A stretch of DNA of 64,000 bases from Candidatus Micrarchaeia archaeon (lineage in GTDB: Archaea > Micrarchaeota > Micrarchaeia > CABMEP01): assembly GCA_038881595.1 (NCBI GenBank), contig JAVZPM010000001.1:64001-128000 (forward strand). The letters are read 5' to 3'. Position 1 is the stretch's first letter; each line of letters opens with the position of its first letter. The translations under genes were made by a program, and so were the position numbers. Positions 1 to 9,491 of this stretch are shown piece by piece. The notes below the pieces were generated by a model. That model searched no databases, was not told where the DNA came from, and saw only the letters and a program-made list of their open reading frames with translations.

Positions 1-153
1 GACCTAAATAACATAAAATTAGTCTACTCTCAAATTTTTAAAGGAATGAAGAATGCAAGTAAATTAAGAGAAGAAATTATGAAATCAAAATCTATTGAGA
101 AGATTAAAGATTTATTAGATGAATTAGAAAAAAATGGGGACACATGGATTTAA
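1..153 (+). CDS. C-terminal fragment of a gene entering the window, possibly tRNA-dihydrouridine synthase
   Basis: Open frame 1 from the window edge to TAA at 151-153: ...QIFKGMKNASKLREEIMKSKSIEEIKDLL..., resembles the Dus C-terminal helical domain. Confidence 0.45.
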   Translation, partial: DLNNIKLVYSQIFKGMKNASKLREEIMKSKSIEKIKDLLDELEKNGDTWI

Positions 154-154
154 A

Positions 155-766
155 CTAAATAACTTCGCGTGAAGTCAAGAACTTCATTAGCGTATTTTTC
201 TTATGTGGTATTTGAATAGCTGGGTAAATAAATCTCTTTACAAATTCTATATTCTTTTTCGACACGTAAAATTCGATATTATATGCCCTATCATAATAGA
301 CGCCTACATAACAACCGAGAATTTTCTCAATTTTTTGTTTTAGTTTCTCTTGCTTTATGCTGTCTGTTATTTTTATTCTGCATTGTGGATGCTTTGGACG
401 CTTTATACAGATATTGCCATCACCATCAATCAACCCGGCAAGATAACTTCCGAATAAACTATTATCTGAAAAAATCCATTTTGGAAGAAATCCCTTCTTA
501 ATGCCCAAGGAATTGAAAAGTGTCGCGCTTCTTTTTATGCTAGTTTGAAGATAATATATTTCCTGTCTCCTTCTTTTTTGTATTTTTGTCCATTTGCCGA
601 ACTGTGTTTGTAAGATAGTTTGAACTCTTTGAATCATTGGCAGAGACTTCTCACTAACATTAAAAACAATTCTTAAATAGTTCTTATTACTTTTCTTATC
701 ATGAAACGTATAAATGTATCCGTCACTATGAAGTACTCCGATAAAATATGCGATATCGCTATTCAC
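155..766 (-). CDS. Free-standing double-motif LAGLIDADG homing endonuclease
   Basis: Motifs AYFIGVLHSDG and YLAGLIDGDG. Likely start is GTG at 766 after an AGTGAT RBS-like site; the ORF-track start at 814 lies inside the tRNA. Confidence 0.85.
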   Translation of the reverse strand: MNSDIAYFIGVLHSDGYIYTFHDKKSNKNYLRIVFNVSEKSLPMIQRVQTILQTQFGKWTKIQKRRRQEIYYLQTSIKRSATLFNSLGIKKGFLPKWIFSDNSLFGSYLAGLIDGDGNICIKRPKHPQCRIKITDSIKQEKLKQKIEKILGCYVGVYYDRAYNIEFYVSKKNIEFVKRFIYPAIQIPHKKNTLMKFLTSREVI

Positions 767-787
767 ACTGATCACTAAAAATATTAG

Positions 788-899
788 TGGGGCTAGCGAG
801 ATTTGAACTCGCACCTTTAGGTTTCTTCATATCATCGCTTTCTAGCTCAGCGCTCCATTTTCTGGAGCCTAACGCGCTGCCTGGTTACGCCATAGCCCC
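788..899 (-). tRNA. trnW: tRNA-Trp(CCA) with 39-nt intron at 37/38 (823-861)
   Basis: GGGGCTA/TAGCCCC-A acceptor, TTAGG/CCTAA anticodon stem around CT-CCA-G|intron|A, T arm GCGAG-TTCAAAT-CTCGC. Confidence 0.93.
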
Positions 900-932
900 T
901 TCAATAAATATAAGCTAAATAAAATTTTTAAT

Positions 933-2330
933 TTATCTTTTTAGAGATTGTTTTGGATTTTGTTCTGCTATGTAGTGTACGATTTTATCAAGCGCCTCTT
1001 TAAGATACCCTTGTTTTAATCTAAGTGCAGCTGCTGCCTTATGTCCTCCACCTGATTCTATAACGTTAAGCATTTCACTTTTCAATTTTGAAATTGCTTT
1101 TGAAAGATCTAATCCAAATTCAAGCGCTGCCTGATTCAATCTGAAGCTAATATTCCTTCCGGTATAAACTATTGTAACTGTTGGGGTTTTTCTATTTCCT
1201 AATAAATCTGCCATTATGTTTGCTGCCAAACCTTTATTTGGATATGAACCTTTCTTTATATGCTTTGTAACATCGACAAAGAAAAAGGTTATTCCATTTA
1301 TTGTCTTTGATTTAGTGGTGTTCTTTGCTTTTTCCAGAAAAGTTTGAATCTTTTCCTGAGATTGTGCATAAGCAAAATCCAACATTTCTTCATCTTCTAT
1401 CGCCTTTGCATATTGTGCAATATTATTTTCATACGCAGATGTACCTATGAAATAACCTACTGCTTCTGCGTTTTTAAGATCAGATTTTGTAGGACTATAT
1501 ATCTTACTTCTATCTGCAGTTAAAGAGATCCTAATTAGATTGTCAGCTATTTTTTTATTGATGTTTCCTATCTTCTTTGCTATTTCTGTTGCTAATAATC
1601 CTGCAGTATATGAAGATGGATTTTTTATATTAAATAACCATGGAGAAACGATAGCTTCAAATAATTCTTTCATAGCAGGTTTTTGTGGAGGGTGATGATC
1701 TATAACAAGAATTGAAAATCCATAATCCTTAGCAAGTCTATAAGCTTCTTCGCTTTCAGGATTAAAACCAAAATCAACTGTCACCAATACTGGAGGAAGA
1801 TGTTTTGCCTCTAAATTCTCTATATATCGTCTATCCTCTTCGAAATCTAATCTATTATAAAATGGAAATTGCTGAGATATGAATTTTATATTATAATAAT
1901 CTTTTAATGCATAAAAAAGAGAAACTGCGCCCGTTAGACCATCTTGATCTGTATCATATCTTATGATTATAGGTCTTTTAAGTACGCAAGCTTCTTTTAT
2001 ATATTTAGCAGCATCATAAATAGAAGATGATAACATTTCCATATCTTGATTTTCAAAAAAGAATTTAGTGTTCTTTGGTTTTGATTTTTCTTTTATGAAA
2101 TTGAGAATAGAATTCATCTCATTTTTCTCTGGTTTTTGAACGAATTCAATCTTGGTTGGGTGAATTTCAACTGTGTCTTCATCTATTTTTATTATATCTC
2201 CTACTATATCAAACCAGGACCCTGGAGACAACTCTCTGTTTGTTTTTATAATTGCATTTCCTTTTGAGGTTATAGCAAAATGAAATGTATTTTTCTCCGC
2301 TTTTTTTGCGTAAAGTATATAACTAAGCAT
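933..2330 (-). CDS. DHH/DHHA1 phosphoesterase, RecJ-like nuclease
   Basis: YDTDQDG, TVDFG, IDHH and GGGHKAAA motifs; possible OB-like N-terminus. Confidence 0.8.
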   Translation of the reverse strand: MLSYILYAKKAEKNTFHFAITSKGNAIIKTNRELSPGSWFDIVGDIIKIDEDTVEIHPTKIEFVQKPEKNEMNSILNFIKEKSKPKNTKFFFENQDMEMLSSSIYDAAKYIKEACVLKRPIIIRYDTDQDGLTGAVSLFYALKDYYNIKFISQQFPFYNRLDFEEDRRYIENLEAKHLPPVLVTVDFGFNPESEEAYRLAKDYGFSILVIDHHPPQKPAMKELFEAIVSPWLFNIKNPSSYTAGLLATEIAKKIGNINKKIADNLIRISLTADRSKIYSPTKSDLKNAEAVGYFIGTSAYENNIAQYAKAIEDEEMLDFAYAQSQEKIQTFLEKAKNTTKSKTINGITFFFVDVTKHIKKGSYPNKGLAANIMADLLGNRKTPTVTIVYTGRNISFRLNQAALEFGLDLSKAISKLKSEMLNVIESGGGHKAAAALRLKQGYLKEALDKIVHYIAEQNPKQSLKR

Positions 2331-2403
2331 GCAGATATATCTATGTAAATGATTTTATATGTTCCTCTCTCTTAAGTTATGTATCTAACAATATGGTGTA
2401 CAT

Positions 2404-3312
2404 ATGTCTATTAAATCTCGAATTTTTAATAAAGGAAGTATTCCAGTAGAACTATTTGATTTAAACGTGACATTGAGCAGTGGACAGGTTTTCGGTTGGA
2501 AAAGAATGGGTGAATGGTGGATTGGCGAGATTTATGGAAATATTGTAAAATTAAGGCAAAAATCAAACAGATTAGAATTCGAGTTGTTATATGGCAAAGA
2601 AAGAAATATTAAAAAGCAGATAAAGAAATATTTCACTTTAGACATCTCTTCAAAAAAAATCAAGGATATTTATGTCGAACTTTCTAAAGATAGAATACTA
2701 AAAAACGCAATAAAAGAATTCAAAGGACTTAGAATCATCAGACAAGAACCATGGTACTGTACTGCAACATTTGTGTGCAGCAGCTTTTCAAACATTCCTA
2801 GAATAGAAAAAATGATTGAAAAAATAAAAGAAACGCATGGAACAGAAATAAACAAAGAACAACGACTATATCTATTTCCATCTATAAAAGATATAAGAAA
2901 ATCTGATTTGTCCAAGCTAAGAAAATGTGGCCTTGGATTTAGAGATAAATACTTACATGAAATAGCAAAAAGAACTTCTGAAAAATGGTTTAAAGAAATC
3001 GAAAAGAAAGAATATAAAACTGGAAAAGAAAAATTAACTAGATTGCCAGGTGTAGGAGAAAAGGTTGCAGACTGCATTTTGTTGTTTGGCTATGGAAAAG
3101 GAGAGGCATTTCCGATAGATGTATGGATAGGTAGGATTATGAAGAAGTTGTATAACAAAGAGATAAAAAATTATCTTGAAAAAAACGGAAGAAAAACAGA
3201 TAAAATAACAGATAAAGATATTAGAGAATTTGCAATGCATAAATGGAATGGAAATGCAGGACTGGCACAACAATTCCTTTATATGTATGCAAGAAAGCAT
3301 AAAATAAGATGA
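2404..3312 (+). CDS. ogg: 8-oxoguanine DNA glycosylase (OGG1-type, HhH-GPD)
   Basis: TLSSGQVFGW N-domain, GLRIIRQEPW, LGFRDKY, HhH LPGVGEKVADC, FPIDVW, AGLAQQFL. Confidence 0.88.
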   Translation: MSIKSRIFNKGSIPVELFDLNVTLSSGQVFGWKRMGEWWIGEIYGNIVKLRQKSNRLEFELLYGKERNIKKQIKKYFTLDISSKKIKDIYVELSKDRILKNAIKEFKGLRIIRQEPWYCTATFVCSSFSNIPRIEKMIEKIKETHGTEINKEQRLYLFPSIKDIRKSDLSKLRKCGLGFRDKYLHEIAKRTSEKWFKEIEKKEYKTGKEKLTRLPGVGEKVADCILLFGYGKGEAFPIDVWIGRIMKKLYNKEIKNYLEKNGRKTDKITDKDIREFAMHKWNGNAGLAQQFLYMYARKHKIR

Positions 3313-3346
3313 TTTATTACTATCAATCTTTTGATTATAGGTTGCG

Positions 3347-4177
3347 TCATCTTACATATTGTTTTAACCATGCTTCAATCTTGTTTAAGATGTAGTTTCT
3401 TGTTTTTCTATCTGAAAGCAACTCCATACCGTGCATCTCTCCATCCAAAAAATCAACACATATGTTTGGTGATCCACAGAGCTTCTGGATATGCTGGGTA
3501 CTTACAAAAGAATATTGATCCCCTTTACTAGCAAAAATAAAAATTGGCACTTTTATGTCTGGGATGGAGTAATCTATTTTAACTCCTCTGTAATCTATAC
3601 CTGGAGAAAGAAGTATTGCGGTTTTTATCTGTGGATCCATTGCCAAATAATTCAGTGCTACATTTGCACCTATACTTGCCCCAATTATACCTATTGCTTT
3701 TGTTTTGTGAGCTGCAAGAAATTCCTTTGCTGCTTTTGCATCATAAACCATATTTGCAAAGTCTTTAGATCTGAAAGATTGCCAATTCAATGCGCTACCG
3801 CCGTGCCCTCTATAATCGACTGCTACCGCTTTATATCCTAATTTGCATACAAATTGAGCTAAACTATCCATTGATTCTTTAGTCTTTCCTAAAACTGGAA
3901 GGAGTATTATTCCTTTATCAGTATTTGGAGTATCATAAAAGTTTAGTTTTATATCAACACCATCTGGAGTTATTACTTCAAATTGCTTTGGTGAAATGCC
4001 CTTGCTTAGTTTTATTTGGCTTAAAATCTTTTTCTCTTTTAGATTCTTTATTTTTGGTAATTTTGAAGAAATCTTAGCTCTTATATTCTTTATGATATGT
4101 TTTATCTTATGGTGCTTCTTCTTTGAATTATTCTTCTTTTTCCCCAATTTAATTTTTTTTAATAATCCTTTTACCAT
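3347..4177 (-). CDS. Alpha/beta hydrolase with a Lys-rich N-terminal extension
   Basis: DYRGHGGS, nucleophile elbow GASIG, LLSPG, acid SKGD, His in MHG. Confidence 0.8.
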   Translation of the reverse strand: MVKGLLKKIKLGKKKNNSKKKHHKIKHIIKNIRAKISSKLPKIKNLKEKKILSQIKLSKGISPKQFEVITPDGVDIKLNFYDTPNTDKGIILLPVLGKTKESMDSLAQFVCKLGYKAVAVDYRGHGGSALNWQSFRSKDFANMVYDAKAAKEFLAAHKTKAIGIIGASIGANVALNYLAMDPQIKTAILLSPGIDYRGVKIDYSIPDIKVPIFIFASKGDQYSFVSTQHIQKLCGSPNICVDFLDGEMHGMELLSDRKTRNYILNKIEAWLKQYVR

Positions 4178-4230
4178 GATTTCACCCTAATATCGAATTA
4201 CAGTTATAAAATGAAAATTAAAATTTACAG

Positions 4231-5457
4231 CTATTTTGAACCCAATAATTTCTCCAATCTATCCATTGCTTCTTCTATCAACTTCATATTTGTTGCATAA
4301 CTCAACCTTACAAATCCCTCACCTTTATAACCAAACTCTATACCAGGTATTGTAATTACCTTTACTTTGTCAAGTAACCAGAAAGAGAATTTCTCTGAAG
4401 AACCATCTTTATATAGGTATTTTTCCAATTCATCGAATCGTATTTTTGGAAATATATAGAATGCACCTTCTGGAATTTTCTTAAGCTCAAATCCTTTTAT
4501 TTCGTTTATTCTTTTAGTTATGAACCTTCTCCTTTTATCATACTCTCTTGTCATCTCTTTTACACAACTCTGCGGTCCTTTAAGAGCTGCTAATGCTGCA
4601 CGCTGGGAGATAGAAGATGCTGAAACTGATGTATAAAGATGAATTTTAGACATCTGAGATATTAGTTTTTCGTGTCCTACTACATAACCTATTCTAAATC
4701 CTGCCATTGCATATGATTTTGAAAATGTGAAATTCGAAAGTACATACTCCTCCATTCCGTTAAGAGAAGCAATTGAAAAATGCTTTTTCCCATTAAAGAC
4801 CAAATCCTCGTATGCCTCATCGCTTATTATCATGAGATTGTGCTCAACTGCAATATCTGCAAGTTCTTCGAGTTTTGATTTTGAGAATACTGATCCAGTT
4901 GGATTTGATGGAGAATTTATTATTATACCTTTTGTTCTTGGTGTTATCTTCTTTTTTATTTCATCTAAATTCAAATCAAACCCATCGTCTTCAAAAAGGT
5001 AATATGGAACGGGAACCACATCTACCGTTTCTAAAGTTGGACCATAAGTTGCAAAGCCAGGATTTGGAATCAAAACTTTTTCAGTAGAATCAAATGAACA
5101 TAACATAGAAAGAAGTAAAGATTCTGTTGAACCTGCAGTTACGCATATCTGTTTTGTTGGATCGTCCAGCTTTATGTTGTTTTTTCTCCTCAGTTTCTTT
5201 CCAATTTCTTCTAAAAGATCAGGGTACCCTGCAGTAGGAGCATAATGAGTATAGTTATCATCTAATGCCTTTTTTGCTGCTTCCTTGATATGCTTAGGAG
5301 TTTCGAAGTCTGGCTCTCCAGGGCCTAAAGATATTATATTCTTTCCTTTAAGCCCTATGAACTTAGAAAAAATAGAATGAGGTAGATCTGAGATTCTCTC
5401 TGAAATAAAATGAATTTTAGAAATCAACTTTTTAGAATCAATGACCTTTTTTGGCAT
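4231..5457 (-). CDS. PLP-dependent aminotransferase class I/II (aspartate aminotransferase-like)
   Basis: LGPGEPDF, NSPSNPTG, SDEAY, TFSKSYAMAGFRIG; probable start MPKK at 5457. Confidence 0.92.
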   Translation of the reverse strand: MPKKVIDSKKLISKIHFISERISDLPHSIFSKFIGLKGKNIISLGPGEPDFETPKHIKEAAKKALDDNYTHYAPTAGYPDLLEEIGKKLRRKNNIKLDDPTKQICVTAGSTESLLLSMLCSFDSTEKVLIPNPGFATYGPTLETVDVVPVPYYLFEDDGFDLNLDEIKKKITPRTKGIIINSPSNPTGSVFSKSKLEELADIAVEHNLMIISDEAYEDLVFNGKKHFSIASLNGMEEYVLSNFTFSKSYAMAGFRIGYVVGHEKLISQMSKIHLYTSVSASSISQRAALAALKGPQSCVKEMTREYDKRRRFITKRINEIKGFELKKIPEGAFYIFPKIRFDELEKYLYKDGSSEKFSFWLLDKVKVITIPGIEFGYKGEGFVRLSYATNMKLIEEAMDRLEKLLGSK

Positions 5458-5550
5458 AATTATATTTATACGCAAAACTTTTATAACTGAGCGTTTAAGC
5501 ATTACTATTGAAATGTTATTTTACATTTGCATTATGAATGAGGTGAATAC

Positions 5551-5754
5551 ATGACTGTATTAAAAGTAGTGGAATTGATCGGAACATCGAACAAATCGTT
5601 CGATGATGCATTAAGACAGGTTGTTAAAAGAGCATCGAAAACTATAAGGGGAATAACTGGAATTCATATAGTAGATCAAAAGGTTCATTGTAATGAAAAA
5701 GGAGAAATAGAAGAATATAGGATAGTATGCAAAGTTGCATTCGTAGTAGAATGA
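5551..5754 (+). CDS. Dodecin family flavin/nucleotide-binding protein
   Basis: KVVELIGTS.KSFDDA...ASKTIRGI...EYRIVCKVAF, 67 aa; GAGGTGA RBS. Confidence 0.9.
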   Translation: MTVLKVVELIGTSNKSFDDALRQVVKRASKTIRGITGIHIVDQKVHCNEKGEIEEYRIVCKVAFVVE

Positions 5755-5800
5755 CATTCTTTGGTGTCTTTTAATATATTAATTCTTTCTGTTTAAAGAA

Positions 5801-7576
5801 TTACTTTCTTGTAAGCCTAATTATCAAATCCAAAAGATCTATCTCCTGACCTGTCAATAGTGATTTGTATTTATCTCTTAGAATAAGGGCATCTTTTAAT
5901 GGGACCTTTGTATAATACACTTCTCCTTCAAATATATGCCTTCCTATGGTTGGCTCATCCATTGAAATTGCTGCCTGCTCCTTTTCTTTAAGCTCTGTCT
6001 TACTTTGTTTTTCTACCTGAATGCTCTTTATAGTTCCTATCTCTGTTCCATCTTCTTTTATCAATGTATCTCCCTGCTTTATTCTTCCTATCAGAACCTC
6101 TATTCCAAATATCGCAGGCTTGCTTGACCTGAATGCATATCCCGGTATAAATCTAATCTTAGCAGGAAATGTATATTGTGAAACTGCCTCCTGCTGCTCT
6201 CTTTTTCTTTCTTCTTCTTTCCAAAGCTTGAGCTGATCGAGAAGAGAATATATTATGTTTGACTTTATAATTCCAATTCCTTTCTGCTGACACTCTGTTT
6301 CAAGTTCTGAATCAACAGATACATTAAATGCAAGAATGACTCCAGAATACCTATCTTGTTGCCTTACAGAATATGCCTCTAGAACATCGGCCTTAGTAAC
6401 TGGACCCACATCGGCTTTTCTTATCTTTGCTTCTATTGTTTTGTCAGATTCAAGAAGTTTTATTATTGCCTCCAGAGAACCAAGCGTATCTGCTCTTACT
6501 ATCATTCCTACATTCTCAGTCTTAATAAGAATCTCTTTTAGCTCCTCTTCTAATTCAGACTTTATTTTTTCTAAATCTGAATCCTTTCCAACTACATAAA
6601 GTGATGAACCTGGCAATGCATCTTCAAGATCTGGTGCAAATATCTTTATTCCAGAAGCTGCATAAACTTCATCCACGTACATAAATCTATCTGACGCTTC
6701 TTTGACATCTCTCATCTCCATCAAAGGCTTTGGCTTAAGAAGGCCCCTTATTTTTGTTGTTTTTATTCCACTCTTAGTTGCAAATATTATTTCATCTCCT
6801 TTTCTTATTACTCCCTCATAAAGGATAACGTCTGCTGTTACTCCAAGACCTTTCTCGAATTTTACTTCCATTATGCTACATTTTCCAGGACCTAATTTTG
6901 ATTCGAGCTGTGATTCAAGAAATTTCTGTGCAAGCCCTGAAATCATCATAAGAAGCTCTGGAATTCCCTCCTGAGTTTTTGCACTAACTGGTACTATTGC
7001 TACTGTTTTAGTAAAGTCTTTTACGCGATCAAATCTATCAGATTGAATATTAAATTTCGAAAGCTCTCCCACTAACTCATAAATCTTTGAATCTAATTCA
7101 TTTTGAACTTCATGTCTTTGAGAAGGCAGAGATTCAAGGAAACATGATTTTTCTTTTGTCCTCCAACCAGTTATCAAATCTATCTTATTTGCAGCAACTA
7201 TGAATGGAGTCCTATACTCCTTTAATATCTCAATTGCTTCTATTGTCTGCGGTTGAAATCCTTGAGCTATATCTACCACAAGTATTGCAATGTCAGCTAT
7301 GCTTCCTCCTCTTTTCCTTAGATTTGTAAATGCTGCATGACCTGGAGTGTCTACAAAAAGTAACCCTGGAATAGTAAGGTTAATTTTCATGAATTTTGAA
7401 AGAGGGCTGCATCTCTCTTTTATAACAGAAACAGGTACCTCGCTTGCACCTATATGTTGAGTTATTGCCCCTGCTTCTCTTGATGCTATTGTAGTTGAAC
7501 GAATGCTGTCAAGGATACTCGTTTTTCCGTGATCTACGTGACCTAAAACTGAAACTATTGGTTGTCTAAGTGGCAT
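5801..7576 (-). CDS. infB: Translation initiation factor aIF5B/IF-2
   Basis: LRQPIVSVLGHVDHGKT, EAGAITQHIGA, DTPGH, NKID; no intein. Confidence 0.97.
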   Translation of the reverse strand: MPLRQPIVSVLGHVDHGKTSILDSIRSTTIASREAGAITQHIGASEVPVSVIKERCSPLSKFMKINLTIPGLLFVDTPGHAAFTNLRKRGGSIADIAILVVDIAQGFQPQTIEAIEILKEYRTPFIVAANKIDLITGWRTKEKSCFLESLPSQRHEVQNELDSKIYELVGELSKFNIQSDRFDRVKDFTKTVAIVPVSAKTQEGIPELLMMISGLAQKFLESQLESKLGPGKCSIMEVKFEKGLGVTADVILYEGVIRKGDEIIFATKSGIKTTKIRGLLKPKPLMEMRDVKEASDRFMYVDEVYAASGIKIFAPDLEDALPGSSLYVVGKDSDLEKIKSELEEELKEILIKTENVGMIVRADTLGSLEAIIKLLESDKTIEAKIRKADVGPVTKADVLEAYSVRQQDRYSGVILAFNVSVDSELETECQQKGIGIIKSNIIYSLLDQLKLWKEEERKREQQEAVSQYTFPAKIRFIPGYAFRSSKPAIFGIEVLIGRIKQGDTLIKEDGTEIGTIKSIQVEKQSKTELKEKEQAAISMDEPTIGRHIFEGEVYYTKVPLKDALILRDKYKSLLTGQEIDLLDLIIRLTRK

Positions 7577-7703
7577 ATAATCATCTTTATAATTGAAATA
7601 AATGAGGTATTGTTTTATTAAAATTATAGAAGGAAAAAGATATTAAATCTAAGTATCCAATAATTAATGTTTTCTTATTAGCTTAATTTGGCAAAGTGAT
7701 TAA

Positions 7704-8708
7704 ATGTATTATTTTATAACTGGAGCAAGTGGGAGATTAGGGATTGTTCTAACAAAGAAGCTGTACGAACGACACCAAAATTTGATACTGTTGGTGGCAA
7801 ATGAAGAAGAGAAAAGAAAACTTCCACCTATGAAGGATGTGGAGATTATAGTGGGAGATATAAACGATAGGAATGTAATAGAGAAAGGAGTTGCAAAGGC
7901 AGATGTAGTGGTGCATCTTGCTGGAATTATAGATTATAGTGGAAATTGGGAAATTCTTGAAAAGGTGAATATAAAAGGAACTAAAACCGTTGCTGAGGCA
8001 TGTGCAAAATTTAACAAAAAACTCATATTTGCAAGTACAACTGGAGTATATGGAAAGAAGCCTTTAGAAAATCCTGTAACTGAAAAAACACCTACAAATC
8101 CTACTGATTTATATGCAAAATCAAAACTTGAAGCTGAAAGAGTTGTTAATTCTTACTATGGCTCATTTCCTTACATAATTCTAAGAATTGGTGTTATGTA
8201 CGGTAAAACTTATTATAAAACATATGCAAGAGTAGTAAAGATGATAGATAAAGGAATGATGCCTATTTTTGGAGATGGAAAAAATGTAATTCCATTTGTA
8301 CATGCAGAGGATGTTGCTGAAGCAATAATACTTGCATCTAGATCAAACATAAGCAATGCAACATTCAATATAGTAGAGAATAGAACAATGACTCAAGAAA
8401 GAATATATTCTTATGTTGCAGAGTTACTTGGAAAGAAATATTCTCCATTTAGAATCCCACCAACAATTGGAAAGATCCTAACAATAGCCTCACCTATAAG
8501 CAGTGAAGACATAAATGTGTTGGCTTCCCATAGGGTTTTTGATACAGAAAGGGCGAATAAAGCACTTGGTTGGACGCCTGCGATACCTTTAATGCAAGGG
8601 ATAAAGGAAATAGTAGATATTTATAAATCTAAAAATACTAATAAGATAGAAAAAACCAAAAAAGATGAATTAGAAAAAGAGGATTATAAAGAGTCGGAGG
8701 TAATTTAA
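7704..8708 (+). CDS. NAD-dependent epimerase/dehydratase (extended SDR)
   Basis: ITGASGRLG, VVHLAG, YAKSK catalytic YxxxK. Confidence 0.9.
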   Translation: MYYFITGASGRLGIVLTKKLYERHQNLILLVANEEEKRKLPPMKDVEIIVGDINDRNVIEKGVAKADVVVHLAGIIDYSGNWEILEKVNIKGTKTVAEACAKFNKKLIFASTTGVYGKKPLENPVTEKTPTNPTDLYAKSKLEAERVVNSYYGSFPYIILRIGVMYGKTYYKTYARVVKMIDKGMMPIFGDGKNVIPFVHAEDVAEAIILASRSNISNATFNIVENRTMTQERIYSYVAELLGKKYSPFRIPPTIGKILTIASPISSEDINVLASHRVFDTERANKALGWTPAIPLMQGIKEIVDIYKSKNTNKIEKTKKDELEKEDYKESEVI

Positions 8709-9464
8709 ATGAAATATGAAGTTGAAAAATACATCAAAGAAAGATTAAACAAAAAAGAGAAACTTCTGTTTGCATTGATAGATCCACTAGATTATAACGA
8801 TATAGAGCATGCAATAAAAACAGCTATTGCTGCAGCAGAAGGTGGGGCAGCAGTGATACTTGTAGGCGGTTCGATAGGGGTTCAAGGAGAGCTTCTCGAT
8901 ATGGTTGTAAAGAAGATTAAGGAAAAGGTAAAGGTTCCTGTTGTCTTGTTCCCAGGAAACATTGCAACCCTTACTAAATATGCAGATGCAGTATATTTCA
9001 TGTCTCTTCTTAATTCCAGAAATCCTTATTGGATAAGCCAGGCACAGATGCTTGCGTCACCGGTTATAAAGCAGATGGGAATAGAACCTCTCTCCATTGG
9101 ATACATTGTTGTTGAACCAGGTGGTTCTGTAGGTTGGGTGGGGGATGTTAATCTTGTGCCTCGTGACAAACCCAAGATAGGAGCTGCACTAGCACTAGCT
9201 GGCGAATATCTTGGATCAAAGTTCATACTTATGGATGTAGGGTCGGCATCTAAAGTAGGACATGTTCCTCTTGAAATGATATCTATGGTAAAGAAAACAA
9301 TAGGTATTCCGCTTATAATTGCAGGTGGAATAAAAACTCCTGAGGAAGCTGAAAATGTTGTTAATGCTGGCGCAGATATCATACAAATTGGAACAATATT
9401 AGAAAAGAGTGATGATCCAAAGAAGCTTTGCCAAGAAATAATTAAAAGAATAAATAAAAAGTAG
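8709..9464 (+). CDS. pcrB: Geranylgeranylglyceryl phosphate synthase
   Basis: ALIDP, LVGGS, PVVLFPG, FMSLLNSRNPYWI, GYIVVEPG, AGGIKT. Confidence 0.93.
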   Translation: MKYEVEKYIKERLNKKEKLLFALIDPLDYNDIEHAIKTAIAAAEGGAAVILVGGSIGVQGELLDMVVKKIKEKVKVPVVLFPGNIATLTKYADAVYFMSLLNSRNPYWISQAQMLASPVIKQMGIEPLSIGYIVVEPGGSVGWVGDVNLVPRDKPKIGAALALAGEYLGSKFILMDVGSASKVGHVPLEMISMVKKTIGIPLIIAGGIKTPEEAENVVNAGADIIQIGTILEKSDDPKKLCQEIIKRINKK

Positions 9465-9491
9465 TACATAGAAAATTAAGAGGCAGATTGG

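Noticed and set aside
767..814. ORF-track N-terminus of the LAGLIDADG ORF (MRVQISLAP...)
   Set aside because: It is a translation of the tRNA T arm and acceptor; the nuclease is outside the tRNA intron.
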